Counted from the stretch's first letter, positions 1 to 14,729 are shown. The stretch is DNA of 64,000 bases from Octopus sinensis (GCF_006345805.1 NC_043006.1:103106001-103170000), one strand, 5' to 3'. The notes: generated by a model from the letters alone, not told the origin. A program made the numbers and translations.

Positions 1-947
1 TTAGTTGAAATATGAAAGCTAGGTCAATGACCTGTATATAAAATGCTGATATAGACACGTACTTCTAGATGCTTGTTAAGTTAATTACTTGTTCAACTAA
101 AATATAAAAATTAAGAAAGCAAGTGAGCCCCACATGGGTTCTTTATCAGTGAAGTATGGCGGAAATCTGAACGACTCGATTTAATGAACAAAAATGATTA
201 AAAAAAAGACAAAAAGCAGAAAAGAAAATTAATACATTAAGCACCCCTTTGCAATAGTTCACAATAATAGTTAGAAAATGTAATCATATCAATATATATG
301 TAGCAGTTTTTTGATTAAATATAGTATCGGAGATGGTAGTAGTCACTTTAAAGCTATGCAGTGAGTAAACAACCATTTAGATCAGTTTAAACGTTTGTGA
401 CATACATGACCTGTACAAAGACAAATATTCACTGTTTGCCGTCGGGAAAATTGTTCGCTTTAGGCAATAAGTGTTAAAATCACCAACAGTCCTTTCAAAG
501 ATATATTTCCTATGGATAGATTCGAATTTAATTTGTAGGAAAATTGCTAAGAAGGCGTAGTTTTTGTGAGAATGCTATGCAATTTTTTTGTCATTTGTAA
601 TCAAATTTAAGCACAAAACTAACAGGGAAACATAAAATTTTAAATTAATTCCAGAATATTTCAGAATAAAATAACAGAATTAATGAAAACCTGATCAGAA
701 ATGTCTAATTCATGGGGAGGAGAGCGATAACGACGTTATGAAAATATATGTGGTTACATCTCAAGTGTTGAAGATATTAATATAGTTGAATTAAAAGCAA
801 ACAAATAATATTTTTTGAATTTCATATTCTGGTTAATATGTACGATAAGGTTACTAGATTTGATTTCGCTAAGGGGGGATACACCCCCAAAATTTGTTAA
901 ATACAACCCTGATCTTTGTGTTATTTATTGAAATTGAATATATGTCT

Positions 948-1095
948 ACTGTATGTATGTATATATGTTGCAAATATGTATGTATGTATATATGTGTGTG
1001 TGTATGTCTGTGTGTCACTATTCAGTTTATTTCAAGATTTCTTGCCAATAGAGAAATAGTCGGTTTCTAACCTATGTCCAATTCTCCTTCATTAA
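948..1095 (-). mobile_element. 3' tip of the (CATA)n-associated RLE LINE family plus CATA/CA-rich tail
   Basis: Reverse complement of ~1017-1090 (ataggttagaaaccgactatttctctattggcaagaaatcttgaaataaactgaatagtgac) matches the 3' UTR end of the LINE fragment at ~47222-47286, and is likewise followed by a CATA-like repeat. Confidence 0.7.
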
Positions 1096-1404
1096 CAAGG
1101 TACTTGAACCTCTTCTGTTTGGTTGCCAGCGGCTGCTAGCGTCAATTTTCTGTTTGAATCGTTTTCATATTCACTATAATGATAACTTTTATAGGCTAAT
1201 TAATCACGTGAATGTAATTTTCGCAATAAATCAATAAATAAAGAGTTATTAGTAACTGAAGTTCGAATGTTTTGGTAATTTTAGCAGTCGTAATCCACAG
1301 ACATATTCATGGCTATTTCGATATTAAGAAGCGGAACATGAGAACTCTTTTGTCTCTCAACGAGCCTGTTGCCATAGTAACAAACGAATCCGAGCAGTCT
1401 TTGG

Positions 1405-1952
1405 AAAGTCTTTTATAATAATAATAATAATAATGAAATTATTGTATACAGTGCTCAGGTGCACCACAACTTGTCAAAAGTGCGTATAAAGCAGATGCAG
1501 TAATGTACAAATGTCTGGAAAGCTAACAGTGTATGAGTCAGATGCATACTTGCGTGTGTATGGTGAGTGGGCGGAAATCAGGTGTAGTGGTGGTGGGTCT
1601 CAGGAAGCATGGAAGTTTTGAAGGATGCAGTGTGCTCCGACAACTAACAACTGATGTCGGCAGTTTGTTCCATGCTTCAGCAACTCTTAGCGTGAAAAAA
1701 ATGTTTCCGAAATTCATGGGAGCTGTGTTGTTTTCTGACTTTGTAAACATGTCCACGGGTGTCAGACAGGTGGAATTTGAAAAGGTGCTCAGAGTTATTG
1801 TTAGTCAGATGGTTAATAATTTTATGGGTGTCTGCCAAGTCAGTTGCCAGACGTCGGAGTTTCAATGTATCCATGCCCAGGGAAGTAAGGCGTTCAGAAT
1901 ATGGCAAATGCCTGATGGAGGGTATTATATTGGAGGAAGCACGTGCTGACAA
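1405..1952 (-). mobile_element. CR1/L2-group LINE, 5'-truncated 3' end (RT C-terminus, 3' UTR, (ATT)n tail), frameshifted
   Basis: Minus-strand frames give LPYSERLTSLGMDTLKLRRLATDL..THKII..DTRGH.YKVRKQ..RKHFF then TLRVAEAWNKLP, the typical CR1-group C-terminus; the (AAT)n run at ~1416-1433 is the tail. Confidence 0.85.
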
Positions 1953-2680
1953 ATTTGACGCTGTGTTCTGCGTTTTGTGTGATTATGTCTGCAGGCTCCA
2001 GTAACTTTGCTTCTAGTATGGAAACACTGAAAATAGAGGAGGATATTTTTAAGATTAAAACCGAAAGTTAAATGTGTGGTTTTTAAACATATTTAAATTG
2101 TAATTAAACATTTAAATTGTTTGATTAATGTTTGTTTCTTTTTGTCGGTGAGCATTTAGGTGGTTGTGAGGTGTGCTAAAAATAACAGCTAAATAAGAGT
2201 TATTTACATGAATGAAAATTATCGGAGACATAACACGTGGGTATTTTTTTTTACAAATATTGACATCACTTGCTATTTTCGTGATGTTGACGACAAAGTG
2301 TGCAGTCACACACAAAATGGCGGCATCCAAATCCTGTTTCCTGACTGCGTGAAAATAATCAAACTTTAAACCTCTATAACTTTTTTAAAAACATTTTTCT
2401 GGAAAGAATGAAATAACTCCAGCAACTTAATTTGCGCAAGTCTACTATTGTGCCAAATTTTAAAATTTTGGGTAAATATAATTTTTGGAGCCGTTGGCAA
2501 CCAAACAGAAAAGATCCGGGTATTTTGGCATATATGTGTGTAAATGTGCGCTATTTAGGGTCAGTGCAGCTGCAGACTTGCATGTCTTGCTTTATGCATG
2601 TATTCACATGCATATAGTTGTATATCTAGACATAGGCATATATACTTAAATAATAAACTTATGGAAAGTTTTACAAATAT

Positions 2681-2845
2681 GTGCAGAAGTGCCTGTGTGG
2701 TAAATAGCTTGCTTACCAACAACATGGCTCCGGATTCAGTCCCACTGCGTGGGCACCCTTGGTCAAGGGTCTTCTACTATAGCCTCGAGCCAAACAAACG
2801 TTGTGAGCGGATTTGGTAGAGACAACTGAAATAAACCCGCTGTAT
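2681..2845 (+). mobile_element. tRNA-derived SINE family B, 5' part
   Basis: gtgtggtaaatagcttgcttaccaac..ggttcagtcccactgcgtgg..ccttgg..ggatttggtaga..aactga, shared with the copies at 32.2, 40.9, 48.1 and 58.5 kb. Confidence 0.8.
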
Positions 2846-2993
2846 ATATATATATATATAGGTGATAAATAAAAATATATGCATACATACAAACATATAT
2901 GTACGTACCTACATCTACATGTATATATACATGCATATATAAATAATTATACGTGAGTACAGGACACCACAATAAGACGTAGAAACGGGAAAA

Positions 2994-3033
<40 letters not shown>

Positions 3034-4752
3034 AGTGTCCAACCCTACTCCTTCTTCTTGACTCTAATTTCTTCAACTTTTCACTGAGATGAGTTCAACG
3101 TACTCTATTTATCAATTTAACTAAGTGATACTAGTCCTGCCGACACAAACAATCACCAGTCTCGTTGATCGTATATATACGTGCATCCCACTCATATATG
3201 CACACACACACACATCTCATGCACACACATACACACACACCACATGCACGCACATACACTCACACACACACTACTATATGTGTACGATGAGGTTTTTTTG
3301 CATTTAAGCATGTATTAATCTAAACTTCAAAATGACCAAAAAAGAAATATAAATGTGAAAAGCAAATAATACAACTATCTTCTTGCATTCTACATATATC
3401 AATTCAACAAAAACGTTTCAAAAAAATTAGTGGCGTATTGTAACAAACATTTGACGATGTTATATAAAACTGAAAAAATTACAATTAATAAGTATTGAAA
3501 TGTTTTTCAAGAAATATTGGGATAAACTTTAAGTGAAATGTTTATAAAAATCCCTAATTATGGAAATATTACAAACAGTGTGAACTGTGGAAATAACTAT
3601 TGTTGCTTCAAATTTTGTATAGATAATTATAATAGAAGAAAACAATAGAAATTATTATGAAATTAATCATTGTTACGAAATTAATCATTAACGAACTCAA
3701 TGAACTCGAATTATATATAACCTATCATATTTGTAAAAAAAAAGAAAAAATATTTAATGCTAAGATGTGCGACCTAAATATATGTATTTAGAACTTATTC
3801 ATATTTCGTATACAATTATGGATATCGCGAAAGCAATTATATTTACCTAATAATTACCTAAGATTACTAAAAAATATCTATGTATCGATATATTATTTAA
3901 TTGAATGACGACCTTACGTAGTATTTGCAGATTTCTGGTAAAGGTGTCTATAACTGAAATTCAAACCCAGATAAAAGCATGTAAGTGCTGTAGGACCAAA
4001 TGGTTAAAAAGATCCTTTTGCAATTTTGAGGTCCCTTCGCAATCATGTAGTCCCATGCAATCACGTGGTCCCGTGCAGTCGCGTGATCATGTTTATCTTG
4101 GGCAAATATCATTTTTGTAAGCCTCGGATGGACTCATGCCTTGTCAGAGAAATCTGCTGCAGCTAAACTTTATAGAGGTTTCCCAAGTGAATTGTAGCAA
4201 TAATACAAATCCTTATTACGCTGATTCCATCAGCGAATGACGTTGAGGCTACATGTATCACTGTGATGTTTTGCAAGTTACACGATAATTTAGATGTTGA
4301 AGGAAGCGAGCTGGCAGAAACGTATGTCTTTACGTTCTGAGTTCAGTTTTATGAAACTCAACTAAAACCATATTTGAAATTGATTGAATGGAACGATTCT
4401 GAATAAATCTGTATTCCTGGCCAACTAATGATTGTCAGGAAGCAAATTTTGAAAGAAATGTATTTAAAATAGAGTAAAGTCATATGGTTGGATTATTCTT
4501 TTTATCGTTTTGTTAGAAAGGAACGCAGTGTCCATGAATTCTTAAAGGGATTCCAAAGTTTGTGGGAGGGAGCCGAAGATGTGGTTTGAAAGCTTGCAAC
4601 AGAGAGGACTTTATTAAAGGCACCCATGGTGCTAGCTGTTGGTGTTCAACAAGGGGATGGATTTAAGTCTATCACCCAAATGCGCTTGCGCGAGATTTGA
4701 ACTCAGGACGTAAAAATCGGGAATATATATATATATATATAGATACACATAC

Positions 4753-4805
<53 letters not shown>

Positions 4806-4837
4806 ATAATATATATATATATATGTAAGTATGTATG

Positions 4838-4914
<77 letters not shown>

Positions 4915-7900
4915 AGGCATATGTCTCGATGTTCTTAAAGATCTGCCATATCTGCTCCTTGGATATGTTTATCGATTCTGTAAGGACGAAAAGCAAAGTT
5001 GCCTGGAGTGGGATTTGAACTTACAAAGTAAAGCGTCAGAACACGTTCTGTGAGACATTCATATATTCTAACGATTCTATCAACTCTAATATATCCAAGC
5101 AAGATTGGGTGTATTGATATAAGATATTTTATTGATTATAATCTAAATTGTTAAATGATATACTACTGTATATTTTCTAGGCATTAACCACATAATTACA
5201 TAAAACTCTTAGAACTAGATACCTTGTACAAATATGTTATTATTATTATTATTATTATTATTATATTATTATTATTATTATTATTATTATTTGAACTGTA
5301 AACTTTAACTGTTTTAACATATTACTATATTACTTGGTTCCTATGGCTTCAGCCAGCTAACATAAGTTGTTATGTCTGTAAACATATAGCAGACAATATC
5401 ATCCTGAGATTTTACGGGTCATCTTTATTAATAATAGAGATTTATGTGAAAATATATTATTAGAGACATGATCAATTACTGAAAAATATTTTAAACTCTA
5501 CTCTTTTCAGACATGTAGTACCTGGAATTATTTGCTTTACTTAACTGGTTTTGTTTTGCTTTAACTAGTTTTTGTATAGTACTACATTGTATATTTCTTT
5601 CTGAGCTTTAAGCAGTAACATATTTTGTTATTATCTTTAAAGACAAATAGACTGAAAATTATACTGAATTTTTATAGCTGATATTTAGTAACAGCAGACA
5701 TTTCAGAGAAGCAGCGTATTATATTTTACAGCACATAAACTGGAATCTGACCATATAGATAGATAAACATAATGAATAAATTTTCGTTTGTTTCAAGTAA
5801 ACAAAAACGTTTCTAAAAATTAGTGGCGTATTCTCCTGAAGAAACTGCTCAAAGGCACTTTCTTATAAAGACTTTTAAAGCTACGACAATTATTACCTCA
5901 CGATATATCGAACGAAGAGCCTCATTAGATTAAAAAATTCTAGGAATCAGCTATAGGAATGGAACTGCTTGTCTGCCTATCGCTGGTCGGCCGCGGTTAC
6001 TTTTTGAACTGATATTGGAAATTGTTGACAGTAATTCTGGTATTATATCACTATTCAATATTATATAATCCCATCTCATTGTAATGATTGTAACTGATTG
6101 TATAAATGAATATTATTAGATGAATACAATAGTGGTTTATATCTATGTTTACTTCTGTGCATTCATAATAATCGCTTTCTTTGGAAATATTTATATAATA
6201 CATTGCGAATTCATTATCATTGTGAAAATATCTATCAACAGAGAGAAATTTAATTTTATAATTTAAATGGGTATCACAAGAAAATAACTAACATTATTAT
6301 TGGAAAACAGATTTTTCTGGTCAAGTTACACATCGGAACGATAATAATATTAAACCATGACTTATAATAACAATAAGTTTATTCTCCATGATTGCTATTA
6401 TACAGTCATATTTATTTATTTAAGTAGGTATTATTTTCAATAGCATTCCGATATTTTAGAATATACATCATATAATTAGGATATCCTGTGTAATTTAATG
6501 TAATAACTTAAATATCTTTTGGAATATGTTATTTATAGTTGTATTTCGTATATTGAAACAGGCTGTTAGTAAAAATCTGCAGCAAAAATCTGGGACAATC
6601 TATGATGTTTTATTTCATTGAAATAACGCATTAATTACCAAATAGGCATTATTTTTTTAAATAGTATTTGGTAATTACCAGTAATACATATTATTTTATA
6701 ATTGTGATATTCTGAGTAATTATTCTTAGTTTAATTTCGAATATGTATGATTCGTATATGTATGATATATCTGTACAAAATTGCATAGAATTATCAATTT
6801 TTTAAAATCCTTTATTATTTTTCTCTTTCCTGTTTTTTTTTTTTTGAGAACTGCAAGATTATTTGGAAATCGTTAGCGACTCGGGCAAAATGTTTAGTGG
6901 CATTTTTTCCGACTCGTTACGACTCGAGTTGAAATACCGCCCAGGTCAAACTTACCCTTCATTCTTTCTGGATTGAAAAACTAAAGTACTAGTCAAATAT
7001 TAGGGTGGATGTATTCCATTATCCTCTACCCAGAAACTTCAGGCCTTGTACCTATAGTAGATAAGATTATTATTGGCATTGGTACTTTATCACTCCTGAA
7101 ATATTGGTTACAATTCTGGCACAAAGCCAGCAATTTCGTGTGAGGGTTTAAGTTAATTATATCGACCCCACTCTCAACTGGCTCTTAATTTAGCGACACC
7201 AAAAGGATGAAAGGCAAAGTCGACCTCGGCGGAAATCGAATTCTAAGCATTATGCCCGACTTGCTAACGATTCTGCCTGTTTACAACCTTATATCACTTC
7301 TGAAATATTAAATGGCAAATTTGAACTCAAAGAGCAAGCAGCTGGAATAAGTACTGCAAGGTAATTCTGTTGAGCGTTCTTACAACTTAGCCAACTTGCA
7401 CCCACTTATCTATACCTAAATGTTATCTCGTGAATATTTTAAATAATATTCACAAACCGGTGTTGAAAGCTGACCTTGTGATTTATATTGCATCCTGCTC
7501 AACGCCATCTTATTTACAGTCACTTAAAAGTATTTAAAAAATTAATGTAAGTTTTTTATTGATTTACATATATTATCCAATGTGTCTTTCGTTCATTCCT
7601 GTAAATTAAGAAAAAGAGAGAAAAATACTTATGGATCTCCGTCAGTTTCGATGATAAATATTCCAATTATTAGATCAGCAGAACAGTCTAGTCATTGAAT
7701 TAGCGTGAAAGTAGCAGAATATATCAGAAATGCATGTGTTTATAGCGTATTTCACAGGGTGAATCATCATCATGACAGCATGATGAGGCTGGTCCTTTGA
7801 ATTACAAGTACAAGTAATCTGTCAGGCTTCCACACAGTTTCCGCCGACCGAGTTTCATTCACAAACATCGTGCTGGTCTGGAGTACTGGTAAAAGATACT

Positions 7901-8984
7901 TAAGGAACATGTCACGCAATGGAAATTAATCCAAATTCTTACTACAAAGAGAAGTTCTTAACTATTCTACTATGCCTGCATTAGGAACCACATTTTAAAT
8001 ATCTTCAGTTTAAAATATTATACGCACTTAATGCAGCTGTAAAGAGCATAGAACTGTTTTTAGCAGACAAGTCTGTTTGAGAAATTTCTGTGAGAGAATG
8101 TCGTACTTCATCGGTAGACACATTCTAAATGCTATACAAACCAACGTTTTACTTTTGCTTGTCTTTGCACCTTTTATTTAGAAAAAAGGAGGCAATGCCT
8201 AGAATATTTTCAGAATCTTCACGAATCCTAGTCAATGGCGTTGGTAAGCCGGCTGACTGATTAATGCTACAACCCAACTACGCCACAGCGGTGTGTGAAC
8301 TCAGAATACAAAAAGCAGGAATAAATACTGCCAGGTTTCCGGTCTGACGTTCTCGAACTTCCGCCAATCAGCTACCTTGGATTGGTTTTTATTTTATTGC
8401 GCCCGAAATGATGAAAAAGTAAAGTTGATCTCAGTCGTATTTGAAGTCTAAGTGCGGGCAGTCGAAATAAATACCACGAGAACGTTTTCTCTGATCGCCC
8501 ACCGGAGAATGATTTTTGTATAGGAGCACAACTTTTAGTGGTGAAAGGAAAAGTTAGTCATATCGACCTCTGTACTTTACAGTTATTTATCGTTTTCGAT
8601 CACCAAAGGATAAAAGAAAAAGTCAATTTCGACGAATCAATCTACGAAAGACTTTGCCTTGTTGTGTTGAGTTGAGATCCTTTACGTTTCTGAGTTCAAA
8701 TCCTGCTCGATCCAACTTTATATTTCAACCCTCCAAGATCAATAAATTAAGTGGCAGTGAAATATTGGTGTTTGGCTTAATCGATTCTTCTCTCCGCAGT
8801 CAAGTGCATTATTGCTGCGATGTTAGAAATTAATATTTCTTAATTAGAAACAACGCATTGGTATTCATAGAATATTTATTAATTAACACTCGAGGGAATG
8901 GTGGAAATTCCACGTTTTATAAATATTCCTACTTCTAATTTAATGCATAAATTTATAAATTTTCATAACATTGTTTCACTATAT

Positions 8985-9670
8985 TAAAGATTCCGATTAT
9001 ATCTCTGATAGCATTTCATAGTTAAGGTTGTTTAAAGTGCAACAATCGCCCTTGTCTAATTATGCCAAAGATATTTATTATATTCCTCATTTTGTTCCAC
9101 AGTTAAACTTGTCTTCCTTTTTTCATTATCCTAAAGATTTCGATTATAATTCTTATTTCGTTACCAGGTAATCATCCTTAAACACAACAATCATTCACAT
9201 TTCTTCAAAGTATAAATTTCGATTATGTCTCTGATCTCATTCCATAGTTAAAGTTCCACAAAGAGTTACGATCGTCCTTCTTTTCATTATGTCAAAAAGT
9301 TTGGTTATATCTCTGATTTTGTTCCATGAAGATTGTTTAGTGTAACAATAATTTTGGCTTCATGAAAAGAAAATATTTTGATTATTTTTCTGAGTTTGCT
9401 CCATAGACATGATTTTCTAAAACGTAACAATCGTCCAGGATTCATATTGACAAAGATTTCCATTATATCCCCGATTTCGTTCCATAAACAAGGTTATTTA
9501 AAGTGTAGCAATAATCCTCATTCCATTATACCAAAGATTTCGATTATGTTTTCTATTTTATCCTAGAGTTAAGGTCTCTTAAAGAGTAACAATCATCCTT
9601 GTTTTGTTATAAGTTTTCAATTATATCTTTGATATCTTTCCATAGACAAGTTCGTTAAAGAAGCAACTCT
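8985..9670. repeat. Degenerate tandem repeat, ~80 bp period, ~8 copies
   Basis: Motif aaagatttcgattatatctctga recurs near 8987, 9068, 9134, 9213, 9296, 9378, 9451, 9532 and 9611. Confidence 0.7.
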
Positions 9671-10292
9671 CGAACACAAGAAATGATAAGCAGAATAATA
9701 CAGCTACTTTGATAGGTTATTAGCATTCTATTTCTGGCAGAGGTACATGAAGCTGTTGGCCGAGTAGAATTAGCTTTGTTAGTCGTAGTACCTGGCAATA
9801 TTTTGGAGCATAGAAATGAGTCATTATGGTACTGAAGGCAATGATGATTCCGTTGCTTAACTCCAGGTCAATCCCGATCGCGAAGAGCTGATATCAATAG
9901 CAGTTCATCCATGACGATTGGGTCTATTCCTGATATAATATGAAGTAATTCGCTTATCATACCTAATAGATCGATTTAGAAGTTCTGTCATTGAGCTATG
10001 GTGCCGATATTTCTTTTATTGATTCATATGAGGCTATTGTTATTATTATTGGTAAGAGTCTATAGGAATGGTGGATGGGAGGGCCAGTGTTGCTTCGTAC
10101 GGTATTGGTGTTAATGATGATAATTCTTGTTCTGGTTTAGCGTCCAAGTCATATTTTCAGACAGAGTATACCTGAGACTACATATATTATGCAATGTCTC
10201 TTTCGTTCATTTTTTAAAATAAAGTTTTAGTCAGGAGGTAAGGCGGTGCCCACAACTCTTCTATTCATCAAATCCTAATATAATAGGCCATG

Positions 10293-10523
10293 GGCGGCGC
10301 GCTGGCAGAATCGTTAGCACGCCGGGCGAAATGCTCAGCGGTATTTCTTCTGCCGTTACGTTTTGAGTTCAAATTCCACCGTTGTCGACTTTGCCTTTCA
10401 TCCTTTCGGGGTCGATTAAATAAGTACCAGTTACGCACTGGGGTCGATGTAATCGACTAAATCCCTTTGTCTGTCCTTATTTGTCCCCTCTATATTTAGC
10501 GCCCTGTGGGCAATAACGAAATA
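10293..10523 (+). mobile_element. tRNA-derived SINE family A, monomer
   Basis: Head ggcggcgcgctggcagaatcgttagc, B-box-like gagttcaaattcc, core gtcgactttgcctttcatcctttcggggtcgattaaataagtaccag (resembles Deu/Nin-type SINE cores). Many other copies in the window, e.g. ~6.9, 7.2, 8.7, 20.4, 44.5, 47.8, 49.6, 51.4, 51.6, 54.9, 61.3 and 62.3 kb. Confidence 0.85.
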
Positions 10524-11177
10524 AATATAGTAGACCATGATTTAAGAGATACCTGGGAATTATTTCTAGAACGTCACGTGACAGAAGATCTGTTGCTGAA
10601 AATGGTAGAGAAATTCCGTGTAACTATTGTTGTTTGGCCTGAATCAACCCTGATCGAACACACTTAGGTTCGCCCTCATTTAAAGCCATAACATTTTCTT
10701 CACACTTAATATTTCTCAGTATAGATTATCTAATGTTTTCTTCGATCGTTTTAAAAGTGTAGTGAGTGATATTAAGGGAGATTTTGCTGTTATTCAAAGT
10801 ATGTCGAGTAATCACAAAGTGGATCCCACTTTGTTGTTTTTGTTGTTGTGGTTGTTACTTGCATCATTGATATTCTTGTGCAAACACGCTTTCAGACATA
10901 AACTTGATGATGCACATTCTCTTCAAATTGTCTACAAATGTCCCATTTTTATTTACTTCTATAAAGGAAGACGCACGGAATTTAAAACAAAGTAAAATAA
11001 AGTAAAATAAAAAGAAAGAAAATAAAATGCTGCAATATAAAATAAAGCGGAGGAAATCCACGACGAAAGGAAGGTTTAGCAAGAATTGTTCTTCTCTAAC
11101 TTTAAATCATAGGACAGAAGAACAAGCCAATTAGGCAAGGCATTTCTACCCATTCTCTCCCCCTATTACAAATAGGT

Positions 11178-11566
11178 GTGGAGGCGCAATGGCCCAGTGG
11201 TTAGGGCAGCGGACTCGCGGTCATAGGATCGTGGTTTCGATTCCCGGACCGGGCGTTGTGAGTGTTTATTGAGCGAAAACACCTAAAAGCTCCACGAGAC
11301 TCCGGCAGGGGATGGTGGTGATCCCTGCTGTACTCTTTCACCACAACTTTCTCTCACTCTTACTTCCTGTTTCTGTTGTACCTGTATTTCAAAGGGCCGG
11401 CCTTGTCACTCTCTGTGTCACGCTGAATATCCCCGAGAACAACGTTAAGGGTACACGTGTCTGTGGAGTGCTCAGCCACTTACACGTTAATTTCACGAGC
11501 AGGCTGTTACGTTGATTCGGATCAACTGGAACCCTCATCGTCGTAACCGACGGAGTGCTTCCAATG
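11178..11566 (+). mobile_element. Full-length tRNA-derived SINE with 13-bp target-site duplication
   Basis: A-box/B-box head (tggcccagtggttagg..ggtttcgattccc); attacaaataggt duplicated at 11165-11177 and 11567-11579. Confidence 0.9.
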
Positions 11567-13910
11567 ATTACAAATAGGTAACCACTTCGTCGTCCAGTCA
11601 CACCAAACCGCCCCGCAAAAGGAAGGGAATATCAGATAATGTAGTGCTATATACATTCTGATATATAGAATATGGAAAGGAAAGCAGTTTAATATTTTTG
11701 ACCATTATTTTGCTCGGTTAGACTTGGCTTAGGGTTAAACATCCACATGGATAGAGAATTAACATTTTCTTTTACGTATAATTCGTTCTAAATGCCACTG
11801 TGCTCAGAACATATTTTCGGTATAGAGAAACAAGAATAGAAACTAAAATATGAAATAAGGAAATAATTTGAAAATTAGAACAAGGGTAGAAATTTTCGGG
11901 GATTAAATATGTTTATTTATATTAGAAGAAAATTATAGGTATAATCAGTTAGCTGAAAAATTAGTACATTATAACAGAGATAGAAATTTTTAGGGATCGA
12001 GGAAACCAGTTAGGAAAGAAAATTAGTAAAATGCTAAAAACTTTTAGTGATCAATAAAGTCAATCAGGAAAGAAATTGAGTTGGCTAGAACAAAAGTTGC
12101 AATGTTTAAGGATCGGAGAAAATCAATTACCAAAGAGGAGAATCAGGATTTGAGAAAATAAGGGTTGCTCTCTGCACAGACAAAAGCGTCAGTTGATGAA
12201 AAAAAAATTTTTCATTTATAATCCAGTTTTACACCACCATCGGGTATCTTGGGTAGGTACAGCAGAACCAACATCTTTGTAAGCATTCGAGCGAATGCCT
12301 CCGTTTTCACTACAGCATCTCTCACCCCCCTCTCTCTCTCTCTCTCTTTCTTTGTCTTCTGGGAGGCCCTGTAAAGACTCATGGCCGCTAACTTCTTTAC
12401 TTTCTATAAAGATAAGAAATAAATCATGTTATTTCACCATGGATGTATTTTTTACCCGACACGCTTATACTAACATCACCTCACTGAACACAAGTTCACC
12501 TTATTTTATGATTGTTAATAATCGCCTCGCACCGACTCTGGGACATTAATGACTTATCGTTCTTTAAAGAAACAAACATATTACAAGACAATTGTTCTAA
12601 CGCTATAACGTCTCTGCTAACGCGTCACATCATTATTTTTACAGAAAGTGTAGTAAATGTTCTAATGGATGATTATTATACGTGTTCTCCGTTCCAGTCA
12701 TGACACACAGACCAGTTGTTAAATGCAATCATGCGTGTGAGCCACGTATATTGTTTCCCTTCGTAATTAATTCACTGGGTAACATTGCTTGCCATCCCCT
12801 ACCGTTTCCATCCCCTATTAATATTACATCTACAGCGGCAAATAACAGAACCGCCTCTACTACCACAACCGTCGCTGCAGTAGTTGCTGCTTCTGCTGTT
12901 TTGGCTACTTTTGTTAGTAGTAGTGATAGTAGTTGCATATTATGTAATTCTAGTCTAGCATTACGTCAGATATACCAACAGTTGCAACACGACATCGTGT
13001 TCGTAAATAGCGACGAAGGAAGAGAACGAATGGGGTGGATATTATTCTTCGGTAACTCACCAGGAGGCTACGTGTATGCGTACAACAATGTGTCTCATAT
13101 GTAATATAGTGAGGGGAAATAGCTTTAATTAATTTAGATTATGACTGCAATTTGTAGAAAAATAATCATCTTATAGCGTATAAAATCTAAAAGCTGCTAT
13201 GATGGTAGATAACTCTAATACAATTAGCCAAAGGGAATAGAAATATTTTGAAAATAACGATGAAGCAGATGAAAGGGGATGTTGCACTTAATGCCAAATG
13301 GTGAAAGTAGCAGACATGGTTCTATCTTATTGTTCGTCCTCAGCGAGGAATACTCTATTCAAATGGTAAGATTTAGCTATGATTAGTATATAAATAGAAG
13401 CAATTAGTGACACTGGTAACGTATATATAAATCAGGAGTATATCAAATTACCCCCCACCACCACCAAATGATCTTTATATTCCCACAATATTCGTATATC
13501 ATACCTGTTTTAGAGATACTGGCGATCCTTCGGAAGGATTCAATATTGTTTACTGAGTAAGTATCCTACTCTCCCGAACTAGCCCCTGTTGCACAACGCT
13601 TATTTAACCCTTTGGTAAGAAGACTGGTTCACGTGACATCACGTGATATCACTACATCAGTGGACTTATTTATGTGAAACATGTCTAGGGGACCAACCTT
13701 CCTCCATGTCTACACCTTAGTCACAGTATCATTTTCGGCTCGTTGACGCATAAAAAGAAGCCTTGACACTTGCCGCCATACCGAGTCAGAGCGGACTAAG
13801 GAGCAATGATGACTGACTGGTTACACTTTGCTCTTTCGAACTCCTCAACTGATACCTCACCGAAAGCTGCGATATAATGTTACAGAGAACAAATACTAAA
13901 TACACTCTCT

Positions 13911-14248
13911 GAGACCCCCTTCGGTCAAGACTGGCCAGGGGATTGCACCTAGAAAGTTACCCTCCCAGGCACAAGCCCGGGCAAAGTTGTTTACGGAAGA
14001 CCAGCAGTCGCCCATGCATACCGGCCTCCCTTCTACACGCCAGCAGTGTTATCCAAGGGAAAGGCAAAGGGGCCGATACAGCTTGGCACCTTTGAGGTCG
14101 CAACACATTTCTACAGCTGAGTGAACTGGAACAACGTGAAATAAAGTGTCTTGCTCAAGAACACAACACGCAGTCCGGTCCTGGATTCGAGCTCACAACC
14201 TCACGATCGTATAGTCAACGCTCTAACCACTGAGCCATGCGCCTACAC
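13911..14248 (-). mobile_element. tRNA-derived SINE family C
   Basis: Reverse complement starts gtaggcgcatggctcagtggttagagcg; near-identical to 25768-26110. Confidence 0.85.
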
Positions 14249-14729
14249 TAACTGCATACTAAACACACATGAGGTACGCTATCCGAAAGCGAATGTGATT
14301 AACCCTAATTATCTAAGGATTTAGTAATGAAATCCTCCCTCGTGTGGTATTTAAAACCTTAAAACAAGACCCACACTAATCTAAATTCATATATTCTCGT
14401 AAATTTTCGACTGGCCAATCTTATTAGAATTATGCCGTTCTCTTGCACTTAGATGAACGGAGTACTAATAGCATCAGTATTAATATCATTATCCTTGTCA
14501 TTACAACAATTCCTGTTATTATCGCTCTTTAACCCTATTATAATTATTATATAATTATATCAGGTAATGGATTAGCAGAATGCTTCGCGGGATTGCTAAC
14601 AACCCTATACACAGGATCAATAAAGTACAAGTTATGTACTTGGCTAACCTTGCGCCCAGAGCCGGAATAAATGCATTTTGCCCCATGCGCTAACCATTCT
14701 GCCAGCTCGCTGCCTTAATTATAATAAGC

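Noticed and set aside
4672-4996. ORFs rich in YI/IY, also HT, CV, LLL, NNN, YLSI repeats throughout the track (e.g. 22550, 33290, 44205, 56264, 59828)
   Set aside because: They are translations of (TA)n, (CA)n, (ATT)n and (TATC)n microsatellites, not genes.
11178-11260. tRNA gene calls for SINE heads
   Set aside because: A/B boxes are present but the heads continue into SINE bodies, lack complete cloverleafs and have TSDs.
13604-13670. TTAACCCTTT piggyBac-like end and paired CACGTG E-boxes
   Set aside because: No matching right terminus was found, and short motifs are expected by chance.
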